NCBI GenBank assembly: GCA_964016885.1
Contig: OZ024750.1
Location: forward strand, 46,128,001-46,192,000
Direction: 5' to 3'
Length of the DNA: 64,000 nt
From: Eledone cirrhosa
Lineage: Eukaryota
Positions 56,999-64,000 of the stretch are shown in pieces; position 1 is the stretch's first letter, and the number at the start of each line of letters is the position of its first letter. The notes beneath the pieces were generated by a model. That model saw nothing but the letters and a program-made list of their open reading frames with translations, did no database searches and had not been told where the DNA came from. Made by a program: the position numbers and the translations under genes.

Positions 56999-57076
56999 TT
57001 GGTGGAAGCTGTATGTGTAAGACTTGGTCTTTGAACTAGTTTTAATGTTGTTGAGTATTCCATAGGCACGTGTAAT
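56999..57076 (-). CDS. Possible internal exon ([26 protein letters not shown])
   Basis: 78 nt, phase 0-0, donor CAA|GTGAGA, weak AAG acceptor; no recognisable homology. Confidence 0.25.
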
Positions 57077-57344
57077 CTTAATGTGATTCAAAAGTAAAAC
57101 TAACGTGATACAGTATTTACGCCTGGATCTTTGTATTAAAAGTACAGTCCATTCTACAGACACCTTTCAACTTCCCCGCCCACATTTATTTATCTATCTA
57201 TCTACATATATCTCGCTCTCTTCCCCTCCCCTCTCTATCCATATATATATATATATATTTATTAAAGTAACAGATTAAAGTTTAAGCAAATAATCGCTGC
57301 TTTCACCCTTAACGGGATCTTCTGAAACTATATATATATATATA

Positions 57345-57481
57345 TAACGAAGGAAATGTGGTAAGGAACCAGGTGGACCATAACGCACCAAAGTACTGAA
57401 TACTTAGGGTAGTAGAGTGGGTAATAGGAACGAGTAGGACCCCGACGGCTGAGCTCAAGCCGTTTCGACGGCTAATTCTGT
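57345..57481 (-). mobile_element. PLE-type tail element, copy D
   Basis: Nearly identical to 29866-30002; abuts (TA)n. Confidence 0.75.
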
Positions 57482-57506
57482 CCATCAAATAAAGTACCCG
57501 CAATTA

Positions 57507-57597
57507 AAGTACCAGCAATTCACCAGTGTATTCCTGGTACTTTATTTTATCGACCCCGTAAGGATGAAAAGCAAAGTTAACCTCGGTGGGATTTGAA
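57507..57597 (-). mobile_element. SINE fragment (main family)
   Basis: Internal part of the family consensus. Confidence 0.8.
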
Positions 57598-57644
57598 GAG
57601 TAAAATAATGAAGCTATTTATGAACTATTAACAATTAGACAATT

Positions 57645-57745
57645 AGACAATTGGATTCGCAATCGTAAGGTTGTGAGTTCGATTCTTGGACCAGGTGATG
57701 CGTTGTGTCCTTGAGCAAGACACTTTATTTCACGTTGCTCCTTCC
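57645..57745 (+). mobile_element. CORE-type SINE fragment
   Basis: GAGTTCGATTCTTGGACC...GTGTCCTTGAGCAAGACACTTTATTTCACGTTGCTCC, matching 13462-13600. Confidence 0.75.
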
Positions 57746-58229
57746 ACCTGGAGTTGCGACCGATAGATAGTATTAGCAATTGGAAAGACCAACGGAAACA
57801 TTGTTCCCTCGGTCCGATTTGACGAAAGTCGGTCGTTCTAAAAAATATTTCATGATGACCTGCTATAGTTTCAACCATGTCTGCATCAAATCACAACCTA
57901 CCATGTTATAATGGCTCACATCTCATTAACTCACTATGTGCTCCCTCTCAGTATTCCTTACTGTTTTCTCGCTACCATGTTCTACTCAATTCTCACCACT
58001 CCTCCTCTCCACACCTGGCCAATGGCTATTCCACACATTCTCTCCCTTTAATCTCTCTCTCTCTCCCTCTCTCTCCCTCTCTCTCACTCTCTCTCTCTCT
58101 AGTACTACCATACTGCCAATTTACCGCGCCTTTGTCACCCATTATCCCTCGTTTTCGCTATGTTCAGCATGTTTTCTGTATTACAGTTCTATTATTCTTG
58201 CCTGTTTATGATTTTACCCCAAGAACGAA

Positions 58230-58400
58230 CAGTATTTCCCGGCGCCGAAGACGCTTCGTCCTCGACCACGCGCCCTAATTTTGATAATCAAAAATTTGAA
58301 AAAAAAAAATAATAAACAACCTTCGGCCTCCAGGAGGTGTGGTAGATTTTTTAGACTAATTTTAGGAAAAAAGTAGCGTCTTTGATGCCGGGAAATACGG
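58230..58400. mobile_element. Tc1/mariner/pogo-type MITE (171 bp)
   Basis: ~26-bp TIRs CAGTATTTCCCGGCGCCGAAGACGCT / AGCGTCTTTGATGCCGGGAAATACGG; TA on the right flank, AA on the left. Confidence 0.75.
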
Positions 58401-58465
58401 TATTTACGATTTGTCTACTCGTAAAATTAATGTCTGTCTCTGTTTCATCTCTGCACCGTCCGCAC

Positions 58466-58627
58466 CGGACGCCATGCTTTCCAGCATAGTTATGTCCCTT
58501 TATGGTCTGAGTTCAAATCTCGCAGAGGTTAACTTTGCCTTTCATCCTTACGGAGTTCGATAAAATAAAGTACAAGTAATACACTGAGATAATTGCTGGC
58601 CTTGTGCCATAAAGTAGGAACAATTAT
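58466..58627 (+). mobile_element. tRNA-derived SINE (5'-truncated)
   Basis: Family consensus, B box GAGTTCAAATC. Confidence 0.9.
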
Positions 58628-58634
58628 TTCTTAC

Positions 58635-58736
58635 ATGTTGTTTCTCAGCTTCAGAAGGACGCCTTCCTAACTTGGAAGTATCGTCGTGGTAGGAATCTAA
58701 ACCAAATTTGTCCGACGGGTTTCCTATCATAAAAAC
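58635..58736 (-). CDS. Possible internal exon (VFMIGNPSDKFGLDSYHDDTSKLGRRPSEAEKQH)
   Basis: 102 nt, open in phase 0-0; acceptor GATTTCTTTTAACTCAG|, donor CAT|GTAAGA; product not recognised. Confidence 0.4.
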
Positions 58737-58860
58737 CTGAGTTAAAAGAAATCGGATAATGATTCAATTTTTTCGATGTTATTGTTGTGATTTTCATGTT
58801 TCCAGGTTATTTTTCAGTTTCTTCCTATTTTGACTCCCCCCGCATAAATATATATATATA

Positions 58861-58910
<50 letters not shown>

Positions 58911-59148
58911 GGAGGTGAGTTTTATTGTATAAAGCAATGCAGATATCGGATAAGAAGCACTCTACAGTTTGTAGGACTGGAGTATATATAATATATAAGA
59001 ACAAAAGATGTTTAAAAGAGTTCCATGTATTTTATTATGCGCATTTCAAAAACAAATATCATCATGCAATAATATTTGTGTTTTCATCAGATAAAATAGG
59101 AAGACATGATATGAAGGTTATAAAACACTTGTGGATGGTGCAGACATG

Positions 59149-59198
<50 letters not shown>

Positions 59199-59391
59199 GA
59201 TAAATCTACCAAGAGTTTACGGTAGTGTCCAATCCGTATGAAGAACTCAATGTATTCCGGATATCATGGAAAGAAGAGATGTAATGAAAAATCACTTTCG
59301 GTGAAAGATAAACGGTATACAGAGTCAAGATAAAATATTAAACAAATAATGAATAAACAATGAAACAGTTCCTTATATTAAACAAAAAAAG

Positions 59392-59545
59392 TTCATTATT
59401 TAACGATCGTTTCTAGGATATATATGTGTTAGAATTGGCATGCATATTCAACAGATCTATGTACAAAATTATACAAAATTATACAAACTATCAAGATTAA
59501 ATATACATACCAACACATATATACGCCGTCTTCAGAAATAATGAA
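59392..59545 (-). ncRNA. Type I hammerhead ribozyme with ~115-nt stem II
   Basis: Minus strand TTCATTATTT-CTGAAGA-[long hairpin]-GAAA-CGATCG-TT-AAATAATGAA; 10-bp perfect stem I, palindromic stem III. Confidence 0.72.
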
Positions 59546-59679
59546 ATATATTTATTGATAATAACAACAATTCAAAATTTCAGGTCCGTTTGGGAACAAA
59601 ATTGACCAATGAAAATACAAAAGGTTTAATGCAGTTCGGTGTGTGTATATACATGTAACTACCCTTACACATATTTTAC

Positions 59680-60172
59680 AAAAATGTATGCACAACTTGT
59701 ATACGCATACCAAAAGGATGTATGCAAATACAAAATTTCAAGGTTAATGTCTCTGTAAGTTTATAATGCACAGATAAGATGCGTATAGACACATAAATAT
59801 GAAATAAGTGTATACACATAATCTCATACTCACACATATCCGTACAATCACACACACACGCGCGTATATGCATAAACATACACATAACTACGAACATACA
59901 AACACACACACACCCCCACTCACATATATATATGTGGATATAAAATCCTAAGCACATGGATATTAATTCACTCACATAAACACTGGCACACACATTTAGA
60001 TCAAGATACAGAAATTAGGTGGGAGGGGGGGAGAGGTCAGTATTCAACGGTTTGGGCAGACTGCTTAATATAGATGTATCTATAAACTAAGAAAATAAAA
60101 AATAATAAATAATAAATAAACATTAAAAAGGAAAGAAAAGAAAAAGAAAAAAGAAAAAAGAAATATATCAAG

Positions 60173-60224
<52 letters not shown>

Positions 60225-60371
60225 CACACATATACACATATATATATATATACACATATACAAACACATACATACATATACACACATCCACACTTAGAAC
60301 ATACATACACACACATATATAAACATATACATATACACACATACATACATATACACACATACATATAAATA

Positions 60372-60413
<42 letters not shown>

Positions 60414-60728
60414 CATATATATATATATACATATACACACATACATACACATATAATCATACATACTATATAGACACACATATATATACACACATACACG
60501 CACATATACATACACTTACATACTTATATACATACAGATATACAAATACATACCTATATATACACACAAATACATACAGACATACATACATACATACAGA
60601 CAAATACTTACGCATCTATATATCGGTATATACATACAAACACCACTACACTCTCACACAACACAGACATACAAAGAAAAAGGTATATACCTATACACAT
60701 ATACATATACAAATAGAGAAACATATAC

Positions 60729-60759
<31 letters not shown>

Positions 60760-60972
60760 TATATATATAGATACACATATACACACATACACATACATAC
60801 ACATACATACATGTACACACACATAGATATATATACACATACACACATACACACATACATATATAGTCATACACACACATACACCTACACGAACATACAC
60901 ATACACATATATAAAGATATATATACACACACACACACACACATACAACACATACATATATATAAAAAATAA

Positions 60973-61025
<53 letters not shown>

Positions 61026-61356
61026 CATATACATACACACATACATAGACATATATGTACATACATACACATACATAGATACATACACACACATACATAC
61101 ATATATATATACACACATAGACATATACATACATACACACACAACATACATACACACATATATACTCATACATAGAATTAGATATATAATCATACATACA
61201 TACGCACTTACATATACTCATATATACAAATACATACGCATCCATATATGCGTATATACATAGAAACACCACTACACCCTCACCCAACTCAGACATACAA
61301 AGAAAAAGGCATATACATATACATATATACACGCATTAATAGAGATATATATACAC

Positions 61357-61387
<31 letters not shown>

Positions 61388-61608
61388 CACTTATATATAT
61401 ATATACACACCCACACACACATACAACCATAAATACACATACAAACACCCACATATACATATATATACACATATATATATATACACACACATAAAAAACA
61501 GACATGCACATATATATTTTTTTCTACACATATATATACACACACATATACACATACACACCCTCACATATACACACATACACATAAGTTATATTATAAT
61601 AATAAATA

Positions 61609-61663
<55 letters not shown>

Positions 61664-61910
61664 CGAATATAGACATATATACACACATAGATATATATAT
61701 ATATATACACATACATATACACACACACATATACACACTCACATATATATGTGTGTGCACACACACATATATACACATACACACATATACACATAAACAC
61801 ATATATGTGTATACATGCACACACACACATATATCCACATAGAAACGAAGATAGACATATAAATAGAGAGACATACATATATATACACGCACACATATAC
61901 ATACATATAT

Positions 61911-61967
<57 letters not shown>

Positions 61968-62160
61968 CACACAAACACATACACATATATATACACATGC
62001 ATATATACACATATACACATACATACCCACATATATATATACACACACAATCTTACATTCTTATTTGCATGCGCATATATGTATTTTTATATTCAGATAT
62101 AAATACCCAAACATACATACACCTACCTACATATATATTCATACATACACGCTTACAAAC
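59680..62160. repeat. Degenerate (CA)/(TA) low-complexity tract with internal duplication (60610-60690 vs 61235-61315)
   Basis: Directly visible. Confidence 0.9.
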
Positions 62161-62716
62161 ACAGATGATAATAGTATGGGGGAAAGGGGGGGGGGGGTGG
62201 AGAAGGGGATTATAGTAAATATATGTTTCAAGAAACATAGAATATTATCCGTATCTGGATCCAATGTATGCTTTTTTACATAGTTTCAGTGTTAGGAAAT
62301 ACAATAAACAAGAAATAAGGCAAAATTTATGCATTTCAAAATAAATAAGTATACCATTAATTATATGTTAACTAAACTAAAGATAGTTAACATATTGATT
62401 TCTAAGGTGTAAATTAGTTAGGTTTATAATATTTGAAGCAGAATTTTGAAGTTAAATAGTAGTAGAGTATTAATTATAGTATAACTAAATTAAAGTTAAT
62501 AACGTTATGGTATCAATATTAGGAAATGAATTTAGTAATAGGGAAAAAACAAATAAAGTATTACATCGGTAGTAGAATATAAATTATAGGTTAACTAAAT
62601 TAAAAATTATATATTTATTTCTATAGTATATGTTAATTAGGTATATAATAAATAAAACAGATATTGTATTTTATCAATAGCAGAATATAATTATATGCAA
62701 ATAGAAATCAAAATTA

Positions 62717-62747
<31 letters not shown>

Positions 62748-63298
62748 CACATATATATATACATATATATACATATATATATACACATATATACACATAT
62801 ACACACACATACACATACACATACACATATACATATACATATTTTTTCAAAAATTGCAAAGAATATATTAACTAGGTATATATCCAAAACACATCCCATT
62901 CTATGATTACATGACATTCTGCAATTCGTCTGTATAAGGATACTAATTTTAAGCCAATTAAATTAAATTTTTAGGTTGACTAAAATTAAAACCAAATTAT
63001 AAATATATTTCTAAAATGTATATTAATTAGGTCTATAATACTAAAAATGATTTCTCTGTCATTGGATACACGATATTTTGTTATATTTTATCTGTAAAAG
63101 AATTATAATAAAAGGTTTAAATAAATTAAAATTAATTTATAAATTAAATTACTAAGTATATATTAGTAATATTTAAAGGTTTTTTCACAATTTATGATTA
63201 CATAATATTTTATATTCTCATCTGTAATAGAATTTTAATTAAATTAAATTTATAGGTTAACTAACATTTAAATTAAATTAATTTCTAAAATAATGTTA

Positions 63299-64000
63299 TT
63301 AATTAGGTTTATAATATTTAAATGTTTTTTTTAGTTTATGATTACACGATATAATTAATTCCTGTCGTTTATTTAATAGGATATCCTTAGATTTCATTAT
63401 TTCAAATAGTTCTTGGGAACATAATCTACATTCATTTCTATTATTTTGATAAGGGGTGGCTCTTTTGAGCACACTCCAGGTCAAATCATATTCTATATTC
63501 TTATTTTTATAACTATTGATTTTTTCTGCTAGAGATGTTGTATTAGCCAGTGCGGCATTTTTAAAACTATGCTTGTGGGTATTAAACCTTGTCTTAAAAT
63601 TGTTAGAGGTAGCTCCTATATATGAGCAAATAGAATCTTTAGTTTTAACATTACATTTATAGACTATGTTGTTAACAAGACAATTCCCTTTTAATGGGCA
63701 GTTTGCTTTGTTTCTACAGTTACAACCTTTTGTTAATTCTGTATTTGAGGAGATATTATGGTTAATTTGATGTACTGGTGGTATACTTATGGTTTTCTTA
63801 CATTTATATGCATTATAGGCACTTATATTTTGTTTTATGTTATTTGTTGTAGAGTATGAGAATTTAACTGTAGACCTATTTAAGATTTGATGGTATTTGT
63901 GGTTTGGCGGGAAGTTTTTCTCTAGGATATAAAAAAATTTTTTAGCAATATTATCCTTAATTTGTAAATTAAATGGAGCATTATACCAAGTAACCCGTCT
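63299..64000 (-). CDS. Penelope-like element ORF, C-terminal part (post-RT region, Cys-rich linker, GIY-YIG endonuclease); runs off the window end
   Basis: Hand translation is open for all 234 codons including the stop: RRVTWYNAPFN..NFPPNHKYHQILNRSTVKFSYS..CNCRNKANCPLKGNCLVNNIVY..SYIGATSNNFKTRFNTH..TSLA..W..CRLCSQE..LLNKRQE..SCNH. Confidence 0.92.
   Translation of the reverse strand, partial: RRVTWYNAPFNLQIKDNIAKKFFYILEKNFPPNHKYHQILNRSTVKFSYSTTNNIKQNISAYNAYKCKKTISIPPVHQINHNISSNTELTKGCNCRNKANCPLKGNCLVNNIVYKCNVKTKDSICSYIGATSNNFKTRFNTHKHSFKNAALANTTSLAEKINSYKNKNIEYDLTWSVLKRATPYQNNRNECRLCSQELFEIMKSKDILLNKRQELIISCNHKLKKTFKYYKPN

Noticed and set aside
57855-57890. GAAA-CTATAG palindrome with an upstream TGATG on the - strand
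   Set aside because: The core and cleavage triplet deviate at several invariant positions.
59222-59300. Possible exon upstream of the 58.7-kb candidate
   Set aside because: Weak donor, and the segment is better explained as the PLE-type tail downstream of the hammerhead.

Overview
Repeat-dominated, AT-rich eukaryotic (metazoan) DNA, not prokaryotic. The SINE families resemble octopod cephalopod repeats as I recall them; this was not verified by a search. Nearly all ORFs in the supplied track are microsatellite artefacts. The only clearly recognisable coding remnants are retroelement-derived: two Penelope-like (PLE) GIY-YIG fragments (21.4-22.1 kb +, 63.3-64.0 kb -), the 3' end of an R4/Dong-like restriction-endonuclease retrotransposon sitting in (TACA)n (42.8-43.8 kb), and short non-autonomous RTE-like elements. 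Also present: about 20 tRNA-derived SINE copies, a hAT element with a perfect 8-bp TSD, a non-autonomous Helitron, a Tc1/mariner-type MITE, a 10-kb 44-bp satellite and several minisatellites. A few possible host exons lie on the - strand at 56-59 kb. The most interesting signal is a dense set of hammerhead-ribozyme motifs in short (TA)n-embedded PLE-type elements. These include one with a roughly 115-nt stem II, one with a U3-A8 compensatory core, and several fold-back palindromes whose inversion point falls at the ribozyme.
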